Positions 37,424-47,479 are shown, counted from the first letter of the stretch. The stretch: DNA of 64,000 nt from Clostridium thermobutyricum (GCA_016841565.1 JAENYX010000010.1:13998-77997), one strand, 5' to 3'. Notes: generated by a model not told the origin, from the sequence alone. Made by a program: numbers and translations.

Positions 37424-38722
37424 CTAATGCCATCCCGATATGCACTTGTTCATGTCCAGGGAAAGCCCTGCAATAATACCGGGTATACTTGTGACTGCAG
37501 ACTTGCCTGTGTGTGCGTTTACAATCCTCAGTCTGCTTCCTTCTTCCAAGGTAATCACCTCATTAACGCCCTTTGAAACTGCATAGGACATTGTATCCTC
37601 AATGCTCCCATCCGTCATGTCCAATTCGATGCATAAGCCCGCAGACCTCAGCCTTTGGGCTGTATTTATGGCTTTTGGCCGGTTGGAGCCATTGCATTTC
37701 AGTATATAGCATTTTTGTCCGTCTCCCTGCCGGCGGCCTTGCTTGTACAGCGCCTGCACCACCCTGTTAATGTTTATGGCGAACCCTGTGGCCGGAGCCT
37801 TTTGGCCGAATTCCTGCTGCAGATTATCATACCTTCCTCCGCTGCATATTATATAGCCAAGGTCTCTGGTAAATCCCTTGAATATTATTCCTGTATAATA
37901 GGAGAATTCCTTAACCATCCCCAGGTCTGCCGATACATATTTCTCATACCCGTATTCCTTTATTATCCGATAGGCCCGCTCTATATCCGACATTGCCTTT
38001 GCAGCGCCCTGGTTAAGCGGGAATGAGCCTGCCCGTCTCAAAACCTCTCCTACGTCCCCGTACAGAACCGGTATAGACAACAAGAGGTCCTTTAAGCTCC
38101 CATTAACCCCTTTTCGGTCCAGAAACTCCTCCACCGCCACCAGGTTCTTGTGTTTTATGTAGAGCCGTATACTGTCCTTATCCTCGGGCGGTATTTCTAT
38201 CTGCTCGATAATGCTCTCGAAAAACTGAACCTGGCCTATGTCTATTCTGAAATCTTCAACCCCGGCGGTTTTCAATGCCTGAACAGCCATTGCAATGCTC
38301 TCTCCGTCAGCCTCGGGTTCCGGAACGCCTATCATTTCCACACCGGCCTGGGTAAATTCCCTTTGTTCATTGGAGCCCGCCCGGTTAACTCTGAATACAT
38401 CCGATATATAAAAAAGTTTGAGGGGTTTCTTTTGCGTCTTCATATTGGTGGCCGCCATCCTGGCTATGGGAATTGTTACATCCGGCCTTATTACCAATAT
38501 CCTTCCCTTTGGATCGGTTAGCTTGAACATCTCTTCCTGCTCCAATTCAGCCTGCCTTGTACAAAATACATCCAGGTACTCAAAGGTAGGTGTACTCACT
38601 TCTTTCAAGCCGTATCCAAGAAATATACCTCTTACTGCCGTCTCCGCAGCCCTCTTGACGGCACATTCATGATCCAGTATATCTCCAAAGCCCTCGGGCA
38701 CCTGTCGCCTGTAATCTCCCAT
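37424..38722 (-). CDS. hisZ: ATP phosphoribosyltransferase regulatory subunit
   Basis: HisRS-like: TPTFEY, RPDVT..IAR, REF.QAGVE, YYTG and GGRYD motifs. ATG 38722 has SD AAAGGAGG (alternative start 38749). Confidence 0.93.
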   Translation of the reverse strand: MGDYRRQVPEGFGDILDHECAVKRAAETAVRGIFLGYGLKEVSTPTFEYLDVFCTRQAELEQEEMFKLTDPKGRILVIRPDVTIPIARMAATNMKTQKKPLKLFYISDVFRVNRAGSNEQREFTQAGVEMIGVPEPEADGESIAMAVQALKTAGVEDFRIDIGQVQFFESIIEQIEIPPEDKDSIRLYIKHKNLVAVEEFLDRKGVNGSLKDLLLSIPVLYGDVGEVLRRAGSFPLNQGAAKAMSDIERAYRIIKEYGYEKYVSADLGMVKEFSYYTGIIFKGFTRDLGYIICSGGRYDNLQQEFGQKAPATGFAININRVVQALYKQGRRQGDGQKCYILKCNGSNRPKAINTAQRLRSAGLCIELDMTDGSIEDTMSYAVSKGVNEVITLEEGSRLRIVNAHTGKSAVTSIPGIIAGLSLDMNKCISGWH

Positions 38723-38806
38723 CCGTGACCCTCCTTTATAATTCTCCATTCATGACCCTCCCCGGTAATATTTTGTATATAATTTCTCTTTTATTGTTTG
38801 CTTCGC

Positions 38807-38869
38807 TAAAGTGTTAGCGTGGTAGTGTAATAATGTGATGATTGTATAACAGAGCACCGGTTTTGTCAA
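38807..38869 (-). promoter_or_regulatory. his operon sigma-A promoter with an 8-bp-period operator-like array over the start site
   Basis: Minus strand TTGACA(38864-38869)-17 bp-TACAAT(38841-38846); plus strand TAAAGTGT TAGCGTGG TAGTGTAA TAATGTGA at 38807-38838. Confidence 0.75.
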
Positions 38870-38955
38870 TGCCAATCCTTTACAATTCTCCTGCCCTTGA
38901 CAACCCATTTGCATACAAGTAAAATCACAGTTGTACGAGAAGTGCGACAAGGAGA

Positions 38956-39103
38956 CAGTGCTCAGTCGCCAGTGACCGGCACTGGGGAGTATGATGTGAG
39001 ATGTTAGAAGTGAAGGAAAAGACCGGCAAGTTTTTCCCCGAAACTACGAACTACCAACTATTAGCTAGCCCCTGTTATCTAGCACCTAGCACCTAGCACC
39101 TAG
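38956..39103 (+). repeat. Cluster of heptamer tandem repeats
   Basis: CAGTGCT/CAGTCGC/CAGTGAC; GATGTGA/GATGTTA/GAAGTGA; AACTACG/AACTACC/AACTATT; (CTAGCAC)x3. Confidence 0.75.
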
Positions 39104-39119
39104 TAAAGGAGGAATAACA

Positions 39120-39920
39120 TTGTATTACGACTATCATATACATACGAATTTTTCCGAAGACAGCAGAATGAACATTGGGCAGGCCTGTATGCAGGCAATA
39201 GAAAAGAATATAGTTGAGATTGCCGTGACAGACCATCTGGACATTGATTACCCCGACAGGGATTTTGAATTTACCCTTGATTACGCTGCCTATTCGACGG
39301 CTCTTGATAGGGCACGGAAGGAATTTGACGGTAGATTAAATATTGTCAAAGGCCTGGAAATCGGCCTTCAACCTCACATACTGGATGAGTGCACTGCTTT
39401 TCTTAAAGATAAGGATTTTCAGTTTGTTATTGCTTCTGTCCATGCCGTATCAGGAATGGACCTGTACGGCGAGGACTTTCACCGTGAAAAGAACAAGCAA
39501 TCCTCCTATACCGAGTACCTGCAGGAGCTGCTTGCATGTATAAAGGAGTTTAAATCCTTCAATGTGGTGGGCCATATAGACCTGATAAGACGGTATGGAA
39601 ACTACAGCGATAGAACTATGAAATGCTCCGACTTTGGCGATTTGCTGGACCTGATTTTTATGGAGCTGATTGCTACAGGCAGAGGATTGGAAATAAACAC
39701 TTCGGGCTTTAGATACAATCTGGATAGCACTCTGCCCGATTTTGACCTGCTAAAAAGGTACCGGGAACTGGGTGGGGAAATTCTCACCATAGGATCTGAT
39801 GCCCATACTACCTATCACTTGGGTGAATTCTTCCCCTATGCACATCAGCTGGCAAAAAAAGCGGGGTTTAAGTACCTGACCCGTTTCCCCGCCGGCAAAC
39901 CGGAATTTATCAGGATTTAA
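39120..39920 (+). CDS. hisK: Histidinol-phosphatase, PHP family (HisJ/HisK)
   Basis: DYHIHT.FS.D, TDH.D, GHID, LEINTSG and GSDAH motifs; TTG start with SD AAAGGAGG; divergent from the his operon. Confidence 0.9.
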   Translation: MYYDYHIHTNFSEDSRMNIGQACMQAIEKNIVEIAVTDHLDIDYPDRDFEFTLDYAAYSTALDRARKEFDGRLNIVKGLEIGLQPHILDECTAFLKDKDFQFVIASVHAVSGMDLYGEDFHREKNKQSSYTEYLQELLACIKEFKSFNVVGHIDLIRRYGNYSDRTMKCSDFGDLLDLIFMELIATGRGLEINTSGFRYNLDSTLPDFDLLKRYRELGGEILTIGSDAHTTYHLGEFFPYAHQLAKKAGFKYLTRFPAGKPEFIRI

Positions 39921-39939
39921 GTTGTTGATATATTAAAGG

Positions 39940-39977
39940 CAATAAATAAAAGTGGCCCGGGCCACTTTTATTTATTG
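39940..39977. terminator. Bidirectional terminator, 38-bp perfect palindrome
   Basis: CAATAAATAAAAGTGGCCC|GGGCCACTTTTATTTATTG between convergent genes. Confidence 0.8.
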
Positions 39978-40460
39978 GGGGTTATACATACCTTTACTTT
40001 CCATGTATTTAAATACCGCTTCCCCGTGCTTTTGCTCTTCCTTTTGTATATGATTTAATACATCCCGAACCTGAGTGTCTCTAAACTCAAATATGGCGGT
40101 ATCGTATGTGCCCGAAACATACTTTTCAGTCATAAGAATATCGGTACACAAATCCTTATCGGATGTCTGATAGCCGGCAGTGCTGCCTTGAGCCTGGCTA
40201 ACATTTGACGGCTGCTGAAATTGCCGGTTTGTGCCGCCCCCTCCCTGCTGACTGTTCAAATTGGGAACCTGGCCGCCCAGAAGTTGATTAATGGAATCCA
40301 AGTGCTGCTGTTCGATTTTTGCATGATTGTTGAATATTTCTTTGAGCTGCCGGTCGGATGCCAGATTAGCATAATTCGAATACTTTTGAATACAAATCTC
40401 TTCATGGCTTTTTTGATCCTCAAGCAATGTCCTTTCTTTTGCAGTCAGATTAATGTTCAT
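39972..40460 (-). CDS. Spore coat-associated ferritin-like protein
   Basis: EEICIQKY..YA..A.D..LK..F, D.L.TEKYVS..YD...FE and HIQKEEQ.HGE motifs; start set at ATG 40460 (SD GGAGGTG). Confidence 0.8.
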   Translation of the reverse strand: MNINLTAKERTLLEDQKSHEEICIQKYSNYANLASDRQLKEIFNNHAKIEQQHLDSINQLLGGQVPNLNSQQGGGGTNRQFQQPSNVSQAQGSTAGYQTSDKDLCTDILMTEKYVSGTYDTAIFEFRDTQVRDVLNHIQKEEQKHGEAVFKYMESKGMYNPQ

Positions 40461-40615
40461 ATTAACACCTCCGTTAATAGTATTTACAAAAGTGAGGACT
40501 ATATTCAACTTTTTATCTCTATTACTAATACCTTCAAAAGCATAAAAAAGGTGGCAGGAAGCCTTCTCTCCCGTCACCTCTTTATATTTGACGCTCATTA
40601 TTATAATTGTAAATG

Positions 40616-41788
40616 CTACTTGCCTTCTTTGAGAAAATCATGTGCGAACTGGGCATACAGGGCACTGCCCCTGTGCAGGACGCTCTCATCCACCGTAAAC
40701 TTATCATTGTGGTTGGAATAGACAATCCCTTTCTCCTTATTAATAGCGCCAATAAATCCGTAGAAGCCGGGCACCTTTTCCATCAGAAGAGCAAAATCCT
40801 CCGAACCCATAAGCTTGGGCATTGAAACAAGGCTCTCCTCGCCATAAAGCTTGACGGCTGCGTCACGGACAATTTTGTTGATATTTTCGTGCTCGTTGAT
40901 TACGGGACTCAGATAGTAGGAGTAATCAAGCTCTGCTTTACAGCCAAGCGCCCTGGCGGTACCTTCAACGATTTCACGCAAACTTCCTTCAATGGTTTCC
41001 CGCAGTTCACGGGAGTAAGTTCTGATGGTCCCCTCCATCTCGATTTTATTGGCTATAATGTTAAACCTCTGCCCGCCGTTTATTGTTCCTATGGAAACAA
41101 CCAGCGGGTTTAGCGGATTGTTTGCTCTGCTTGCAAATGTCTGTAGATTCATCACTATGGAAGCAGCCGCCACAATGGCATCATTTCCGAGATGCGGAGC
41201 CGAACCGTGGGACGACCGACCGGTAACGGTAATCTTGAAATTGTCGCAGGAGGCCATTCTCCCGCCCGACTCAAGGTTCATGTAAGGAGCGTCAAGGGTA
41301 CCCCAAATGTGCATCCCGAATATTGCGTCCACTTGCTTCAAAACACCGTTGTCTACGTAGTATTTGGCTCCATAGCACGATTCCTCGGCCGACTGGAAGA
41401 GCAGCTTAACGTCGCCCTCCAGCTCATCCTTCATATCAACCAGTATCCTGGCGGCGCCCAGCAGCATTGCTATATGGGCATCATGACCGCAGGCGTGCAT
41501 GTTACCATTTGTGGATGCAAAGGGCAGGCCTGTCTGCTCTTCAACAGGGAGACCGTCTATATCGGCACGCAGCATAACCGTTTTACCCGGCTTACCGCCC
41601 TTAATAAGCCCTACAAGTCCATTATAGTCGTGGAAGGTTGTAACCTCTATACCCAGGCTTTTCATTTCCTTGGCCAGAGCCTTGGTTGTCTCAACCTCTT
41701 CGAAGCTGAGCTCTGGTATGGTATGGTAGAACCTTCTGCGCTCGATTATATAATCATCATACTTTTGGGCTAATTTTCTTATCTTCAT
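40616..41788 (-). CDS. M20 family amidohydrolase
   Basis: H..PELSFEE, RAD.DGLP, MHACGHD, FQSAEE and SEDF motifs. Confidence 0.92.
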   Translation of the reverse strand: MKIRKLAQKYDDYIIERRRFYHTIPELSFEEVETTKALAKEMKSLGIEVTTFHDYNGLVGLIKGGKPGKTVMLRADIDGLPVEEQTGLPFASTNGNMHACGHDAHIAMLLGAARILVDMKDELEGDVKLLFQSAEESCYGAKYYVDNGVLKQVDAIFGMHIWGTLDAPYMNLESGGRMASCDNFKITVTGRSSHGSAPHLGNDAIVAAASIVMNLQTFASRANNPLNPLVVSIGTINGGQRFNIIANKIEMEGTIRTYSRELRETIEGSLREIVEGTARALGCKAELDYSYYLSPVINEHENINKIVRDAAVKLYGEESLVSMPKLMGSEDFALLMEKVPGFYGFIGAINKEKGIVYSNHNDKFTVDESVLHRGSALYAQFAHDFLKEGK

Positions 41789-41898
41789 AATATTCTACAC
41801 ACCCCTTCTTTTATTTTTCCCCTCCTGTAAAACCGGCCCGGACGGCATCCATTCGGCAGCGCAGCCCGGGCCAGGTTTAAGTCAAAGGTGTATTAACG

Positions 41899-43095
41899 CT
41901 ATAACAGATTGACAAATACACCGGCAATTACAACCGATGTTATTGTTACTGTAATAAACCCACCCACTATCATCATGGGAAGCATTTTACCCATCAGATA
42001 CTCATGCTCCTCAGGTGTTTCAGCCAGTGCCTTGACCGATTCCTCGGTGAGTATATAGTTTGGCGGGAAGCCATACAATGAGGTCAATGAAACTGCGAAG
42101 GCCATGTTCCAGCTTATGCCCAGGAACTTGCCTGCCACCATGGAGAGACCCGCCATACCGGCAACACCAATAACTATTATGGTTAACATGGGACCGGCAA
42201 CCTCCGTCAGCATTGAAGGTGTGGCATCCTTAAGGCCTGCAAAAACAAAAATCATGAGGACATACATCAGGAAGCCATAGGATTTTGCCTTGTTGAGAGA
42301 GTCCTTGTCAAGGAAACCAATCTCTGTAAATACGATACCAAGTATAAGGGCCCATACCGCTTGGTTCAATCCGGTTACTACCGCCAGCTTGCTGGCAATA
42401 AAAGCTGAAAACGCAAGCTTTGCAAGAATGAAAGCAGTGGTGGAATACTTCTCAGGCATTGGAGGTATAAGCTTCTTCCTTGGTGCCTCTTCCACCTTCA
42501 TGTTGCCGGCTGCGCTGTCCACCTCTCCGGCAGCGGCCGCTTCTGCCATACCACTGCGGAAACCGGCCAACAGCTTTTTCCCTTCCATCTTTAGCATTAC
42601 AGCCGTCAGCGGATAACCGACAAAACCCTGAATAACATACATTGCAATAGCCAATACAGCCGCTGTTGTCAGCCCCTTTTCAATGGCGGCAAGGTTCATC
42701 ATTGTGGCAGCAACTATGCCGCCGGTAAGGGGCGGAAGACCTGCTATAACGTACTCTTTGCCTACAAGGGGAATACATATAAACCATGTTAGTACCACCA
42801 TACCTGCCAGTCCGCATATTGTTATTACGATTACCTTCCACTGCTGTAAAAGCTGCTTGATGCTGATGACAGTGCCCATATGGGTTATACAAAGCATTAT
42901 AACCAGGATTCCTCCCAGCGGAGCACCCATACCGGCCAGGTTTACAATGTCCTTTGGAAAGAATGTCCAGAATCCGCCCAAGAACAGGCATGCTATAACG
43001 AAAACCGATGGAATCCATGCCTTGGTCTTTGTACCGACGAACTCGCCAATGTAGTAAACTACAGCAAGAATCAGGAACGCTAGAATATTACTCAC
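41899..43095 (-). CDS. Multi-pass membrane protein, probable amino acid/peptide permease
   Basis: About 11-12 hydrophobic helices, PPLTGG.VA and YGFP motifs; same strand and operon position as its neighbours. Confidence 0.75.
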   Translation of the reverse strand: MSNILAFLILAVVYYIGEFVGTKTKAWIPSVFVIACLFLGGFWTFFPKDIVNLAGMGAPLGGILVIMLCITHMGTVISIKQLLQQWKVIVITICGLAGMVVLTWFICIPLVGKEYVIAGLPPLTGGIVAATMMNLAAIEKGLTTAAVLAIAMYVIQGFVGYPLTAVMLKMEGKKLLAGFRSGMAEAAAAGEVDSAAGNMKVEEAPRKKLIPPMPEKYSTTAFILAKLAFSAFIASKLAVVTGLNQAVWALILGIVFTEIGFLDKDSLNKAKSYGFLMYVLMIFVFAGLKDATPSMLTEVAGPMLTIIVIGVAGMAGLSMVAGKFLGISWNMAFAVSLTSLYGFPPNYILTEESVKALAETPEEHEYLMGKMLPMMIVGGFITVTITSVVIAGVFVNLL

Positions 43096-43128
43096 GATTA
43101 TTCCTCCTTTTGAAGTTTTTATGTTTTG

Positions 43129-44415
43129 CTACAAACATCTTTGCAGCATAACATCAAGAATGATATTATCTGTGTTGTTCATCCCCACGCTGGAAACCCT
43201 GGCCAGATTTTGTACAGTTTTTTCGACGGTCTGGCCCAGTATTCCATTGCCCGCCGGAATGTATATATTCCGCAGCGACATATTGGCAGCGTCCACCGCG
43301 GCATCTACCGCTATCGAAAGCTTGTAGGAACAGCCAAGCTTGGCTCCGTCGCATATCATGCCTGAAATGCCCGCCGCCATGTTGTTTATTGAAGCCTTGA
43401 TCTGGTCCCTGCTGCCATCCATCATGTAGGTAAGCCCGGCAGCACATCCAACCCCTGCCGCAACACCGCATCCGCAGACCGGAGAAAGAGCTCCGGTCTG
43501 GACCTTAACATATATCGTCGTCAGGTGGCTTAAGGACACCGAACGGATTATTTTTTCCCGGGAAATACCCATCTCGGAGCCAATAGAAGCTATTGGAATA
43601 ATTGCAACCAGACCGTGGTTACCCGAGCCGGCACTGCTCATAACCGGCAGCGGATATCCTGACATTCTGGCCTCCGAAGCTGCAGCCGTAAAAGCCTTGG
43701 CGCGGGAGAACATATCCCGGCCGTTGTCATAGAAGTATTTTCCTATACCCATGAACCGGTCTTCATGGACACCAACGTTGGCTATGCGCAGGTTCATGTC
43801 GATGCCATACTGTATAAAGGACAAATCTTCAATGGGTGCCGTGTTTACAAAGTCAATAATCTCATCATATGAAAAACCTTTGATTTTATATTTAATCTCT
43901 TTTTCTCCCGATTTTGATTCCGTACATACCCCAGACTGGTCATTATCAAGTAATACCTCACCATTCCTGCATTCAAACACTATATTGGTGTGGGCATCCT
44001 TGATTACTACACGGGTTTTATCCTTACCGCCTATTGCATCAACACATATATACAACCCGTCAGCCTCATCATCAAGCTCCAGCTTAATTGCTCCGGAATC
44101 CGCAATCTCAAGTGCAGCCTTTATGCTGTCTTCCGTCACGTCTTTGAGGACCTCCAGTGCATATTCCGATTTGCCGATCGCAAGGGAAAGGGCTGCCGCG
44201 AAAACAATGCCGCGCTGGCTGGTCCCCGGAATCCCTACATCCATACCGTTTTTTAATATATTCTTATCCACCCTTATCCTTAATTCTTCAACCTCCGCAT
44301 CCAACAGTTCCCTGGCACGGGCCACAGCATAAGCAACAGCTCCCGGCTCGGTGCAGCCAAGGGCAGGTTTGACCTGATCTTTAAGAATTTCAATCATAAG
44401 CCTGTGATTCGACAT
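43129..44415 (-). CDS. Fe-S L-cysteine desulfidase / serine dehydratase-like protein (UPF0597; CyuA/CdsB-like)
   Basis: PALGCTEP, KN...VGIPG, MS.AGSGNHG, SPVCGC and GMICDGAK.GC motifs; start set at ATG 44415. Confidence 0.85.
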   Translation of the reverse strand: MSNHRLMIEILKDQVKPALGCTEPGAVAYAVARARELLDAEVEELRIRVDKNILKNGMDVGIPGTSQRGIVFAAALSLAIGKSEYALEVLKDVTEDSIKAALEIADSGAIKLELDDEADGLYICVDAIGGKDKTRVVIKDAHTNIVFECRNGEVLLDNDQSGVCTESKSGEKEIKYKIKGFSYDEIIDFVNTAPIEDLSFIQYGIDMNLRIANVGVHEDRFMGIGKYFYDNGRDMFSRAKAFTAAASEARMSGYPLPVMSSAGSGNHGLVAIIPIASIGSEMGISREKIIRSVSLSHLTTIYVKVQTGALSPVCGCGVAAGVGCAAGLTYMMDGSRDQIKASINNMAAGISGMICDGAKLGCSYKLSIAVDAAVDAANMSLRNIYIPAGNGILGQTVEKTVQNLARVSSVGMNNTDNIILDVMLQRCL

Positions 44416-44442
44416 GATGATTACCTCCCAATGCATATTAAG

Positions 44443-44458
44443 TGCAAACTTCATGCCA
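44443..44458 (-). promoter_or_regulatory. Sigma-54 (-24/-12) promoter
   Basis: Minus strand TGGCATGAAGTTTGCA, with GG and GC separated by 10 nt; 27 bp upstream of the desulfidase start. Confidence 0.85.
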
Positions 44459-44815
44459 AAATACGCCGGGATGTCTTTAAAGTTTAAGCAGTTGGCCATC
44501 TTCACGCCATACAGGCTGAACAAATTGCTTTTTTCCCTAAAACCAGACTTTTCTTTTGATCTACAGGTCATAATAATGAGAAGCTATATTTCTCAAAATT
44601 GAAAACAGCCCGGGCTATCTGGCATATAACTCTCACATTATTCGGACCACACGGCAGGATTTATTAAATTTGATAACCGTTTATTGAATATGATAAACTC
44701 CCGAATACCAGGAAAGCAATCCATAAATATATACTTATATGCCGGTACCAACCATATTGACCAGAATCTTATTTATGATATACTCATGATAAATTTCTCG
44801 AAGGGAAGTGTGGCA

Positions 44816-46549
44816 ATGGGTGTTTTGGACAGCATAAAGGCGGAACTCAAGCATATTATTGAGGCCATACATGCGGTAACTAATATCGATATTACAATTG
44901 TTGACCAAGACCTAAAGAGGCTGGTAGCCACAAGCTCTCTTAAGGAAGGGATTGGAAACACAGCGCCCAGGAACTCGGTATTTCACCAGTGCCTTACCAG
45001 CGGACATCAGTATTTTATAGAGAACCCTACTAATGATCCTGCATGTATAGGCTGTGTCAACCGCGAGGACTGCAAAGAGCTAACCGAGCTGTGCATTCCG
45101 ATAAAATTTAACGGGGAAATTATTGGCGTCCTGGGAATGTGCGCCTTTGATGAAATGGCCCAGCGCAACCTGATTAACAACCGGGAAAGCTATATTGACT
45201 TTGAAAACCAGCTCAGCATTATAATATCCACCATGCTTAAGGAAAAGGAATTCGGCTCATTGCTGGAATACCGTTCCTCAGAGCTCATAACACTGATAAA
45301 CTCAATAAATGAAGGAATAATGATACTGGACAACAATAAAACCATACTTACCACAAACAAATATATTAACGAAAAACTGCAATTGAAGAATAACCAGCAT
45401 GCTTCCATTCAGGATGTAGTGCCCGCCAATGTGTTTAAACAGCTGGCCGTCAAGAATTTCAGCGCAGAAGTCGGACCTGTTAAACTCAATGATTATGAAT
45501 TCATCATCAGCTCAAGCCCCATATTAATCAGGGAACAGCAAAAGGGAACCATTCTGGTATTCTCAGACTTCGAGAAGATGAGGGAATCTGTATTAAAATC
45601 AGCCCGTAGCAAAAATCTCATTACCTTCGACGATATTCTCGGTGAAAGCGAGGCCCTTTTATACGCCCGCCAGCAGGCTATTCAAGTGGCCGAAAGAGAC
45701 GTGTCGGTGCTGCTTTTGGGTGAAACCGGCACCGGCAAGGAAGTATTCGCCAGAGCAATACACGCCGCCAGCCGTAGAAAGAATGACATATTTATGCCCA
45801 TTAACTGCGGTGCCATACCCGAGAACCTTATCGAAAGCGAACTTTTTGGATATGAAAAAGGCTCCTTTACCGGAGCAAGCACTGCAGGAAAACCTGGTAA
45901 ATTTGAAATAACTAAAGACGGAACCCTGTTCCTGGATGAAATCGGAGACCTCCCTTACCAAATGCAGGTCAAACTGTTACGGGCACTGGAAGAAAAGGAG
46001 ATAATCAGAGTGGGAGGCCATCACCCCATTAAGGTCAATCCAAGAATAATCTCGGCATCCCATAAAAACCTGCACACCATGATTGAAAAGCGTTCCTTCC
46101 GCGAGGATTTGTTTTATCGGCTTAATGTGGTACCCATTTCTATCCCTCCGTTAAGGGAGCGGGGCTATGATGTTATAATACTTTCGCGGTATTTCCTAAA
46201 CCACTTCGCTTCTGTCTATAACAAAGACCTAAGCGGATTTACCGCCGAATGTGAAACCCTGCTTATGCGCTATTCCTTCCCCGGCAATATAAGGGAGCTT
46301 CGCAACCTTATCGAATACGCCACCATATTTGAGACCAACAGCCTTGTAGGCGTTGAAAATATAAGGAATAAGCTGGGCTCGGACAAAAAAGAAAAACACA
46401 GCACCCTTGCCCAGATGACAAAGGAATATGAAAAAACCGTTATCAATAACCAACTCCGACGTTTTGGCAGCAGCCTGGATGCAAAGCAAAAAATTGCCCG
46501 CCAACTGGGCATAAGCATAGCCACTCTTTACCGGAAGCTTGAAGAATAG
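44816..46549 (+). CDS. Sigma-54-interacting transcriptional activator (GAF/PAS-AAA+-HTH)
   Basis: GETGTGKE, ESELFGYEKGSFTGA, LFLDEIG, FREDLFYRLNV, PGNIRELRN and LGISIATLYRKL motifs; start set at ATG 44816. Confidence 0.93.
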   Translation: MGVLDSIKAELKHIIEAIHAVTNIDITIVDQDLKRLVATSSLKEGIGNTAPRNSVFHQCLTSGHQYFIENPTNDPACIGCVNREDCKELTELCIPIKFNGEIIGVLGMCAFDEMAQRNLINNRESYIDFENQLSIIISTMLKEKEFGSLLEYRSSELITLINSINEGIMILDNNKTILTTNKYINEKLQLKNNQHASIQDVVPANVFKQLAVKNFSAEVGPVKLNDYEFIISSSPILIREQQKGTILVFSDFEKMRESVLKSARSKNLITFDDILGESEALLYARQQAIQVAERDVSVLLLGETGTGKEVFARAIHAASRRKNDIFMPINCGAIPENLIESELFGYEKGSFTGASTAGKPGKFEITKDGTLFLDEIGDLPYQMQVKLLRALEEKEIIRVGGHHPIKVNPRIISASHKNLHTMIEKRSFREDLFYRLNVVPISIPPLRERGYDVIILSRYFLNHFASVYNKDLSGFTAECETLLMRYSFPGNIRELRNLIEYATIFETNSLVGVENIRNKLGSDKKEKHSTLAQMTKEYEKTVINNQLRRFGSSLDAKQKIARQLGISIATLYRKLEE

Positions 46550-46551
46550 AA

Positions 46552-47283
46552 TTAAACATCCCCAAGAATTTCCCGGTTAAGCCGGGCCAAGACTTGACCT
46601 GTTTTCCCCTGAATGACCATATCAAACCGGCTGTCCCCGTCTTGTATATCATAATTTATCAATGCCGTCTTCCCATTAGTCATACCGGGCAGTTGATTTG
46701 CCGGATATACCTGCAGACTGGTTCCGATTACAATAACCAGATGAGCTTTTTTTATATCTCTTAATGCGCAATCCCAAGCGTCCTGAGGCAGCGTCTCTCC
46801 GAAAAGGACAACCCCCGGCCTCAGCCTTCCGCCACAGGACCGGCATTGGACCTTATGGATAAAATCCTCCACCTCAGCGTATTCTTCACAGCTGTTGCAC
46901 CTAATGCTCCTCAGTGAACCGTGCAGCTCATACACCCTGCCGCTGCCGGCAGCTTTGTGGAAGCCGTCAACATTCTGGGTGGCAATACTGTTTATCATCC
47001 CTTCCCTTTCCCACTCAGCCAGTATATAGTGACCCCGGTGGGGCCGGCAGTCCTCCAGAGTCTTAAGCCTCATACAGTAAAACTCGTGGAAAAGAGAGTA
47101 ATTGGTTTCCAACGCATCAACCGTTGCTATGGTTGCAGGGTCGAAATTCCTCCACCATCCGTCCTTTGACCTGAAATCGGGAAGCCCGCTTTCGGTGGAC
47201 ATACCGGCACCCGTAAGGACAACTGTGAAATCCGACTGTTTTATCCAGTCGGCCAAACTCTCAATCTCCTTCATCTTTCTCAC
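46552..47283 (-). CDS. cobB: NAD-dependent protein deacylase (sirtuin)
   Basis: TGAGMS.ESG.PDFR, TQNVDG.H, HGS, CxxC...CxxC, RP.VV.FGE and GTS motifs. Confidence 0.9.
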   Translation of the reverse strand: MRKMKEIESLADWIKQSDFTVVLTGAGMSTESGLPDFRSKDGWWRNFDPATIATVDALETNYSLFHEFYCMRLKTLEDCRPHRGHYILAEWEREGMINSIATQNVDGFHKAAGSGRVYELHGSLRSIRCNSCEEYAEVEDFIHKVQCRSCGGRLRPGVVLFGETLPQDAWDCALRDIKKAHLVIVIGTSLQVYPANQLPGMTNGKTALINYDIQDGDSRFDMVIQGKTGQVLARLNREILGDV

Positions 47284-47370
47284 CTTCCCTACCTTACTAT
47301 ATCATTTTCGAAATAAGCCTTCCCTCCCACCACAACTAAGGAACTGAGCTGTTGTCACGCTGGAGTGCCA

Positions 47371-47457
47371 AAGAGACAATAGAACCGTCCCCGTGTCTTT
47401 CCGTGTAACACGAATTTTGCGAACCAAGATCCTTCGCTATCACTCAGGATGACAAAA
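47371..47457. repeat. Composite repeat patch: REP-like element copy 2 plus right half of the MITE internal palindrome
   Basis: AAGAGACA-ATAGAACCGTCCCCG-TGTCTTT at 47371-47400; AAGATCCTTCGCTATCACTCAGGATGACAAAA at 47426-47457 matches 26669-26700 at 30/32. Confidence 0.7.
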
Positions 47458-47479
47458 CCGCAAGTTTCACATTATATTA

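Noticed and set aside
39940-39977. 38-bp loopless palindrome as a recombination or cruciform site (also 7982-8007)
   Set aside because: Position at gene ends with A/T tails is fully explained by intrinsic termination.
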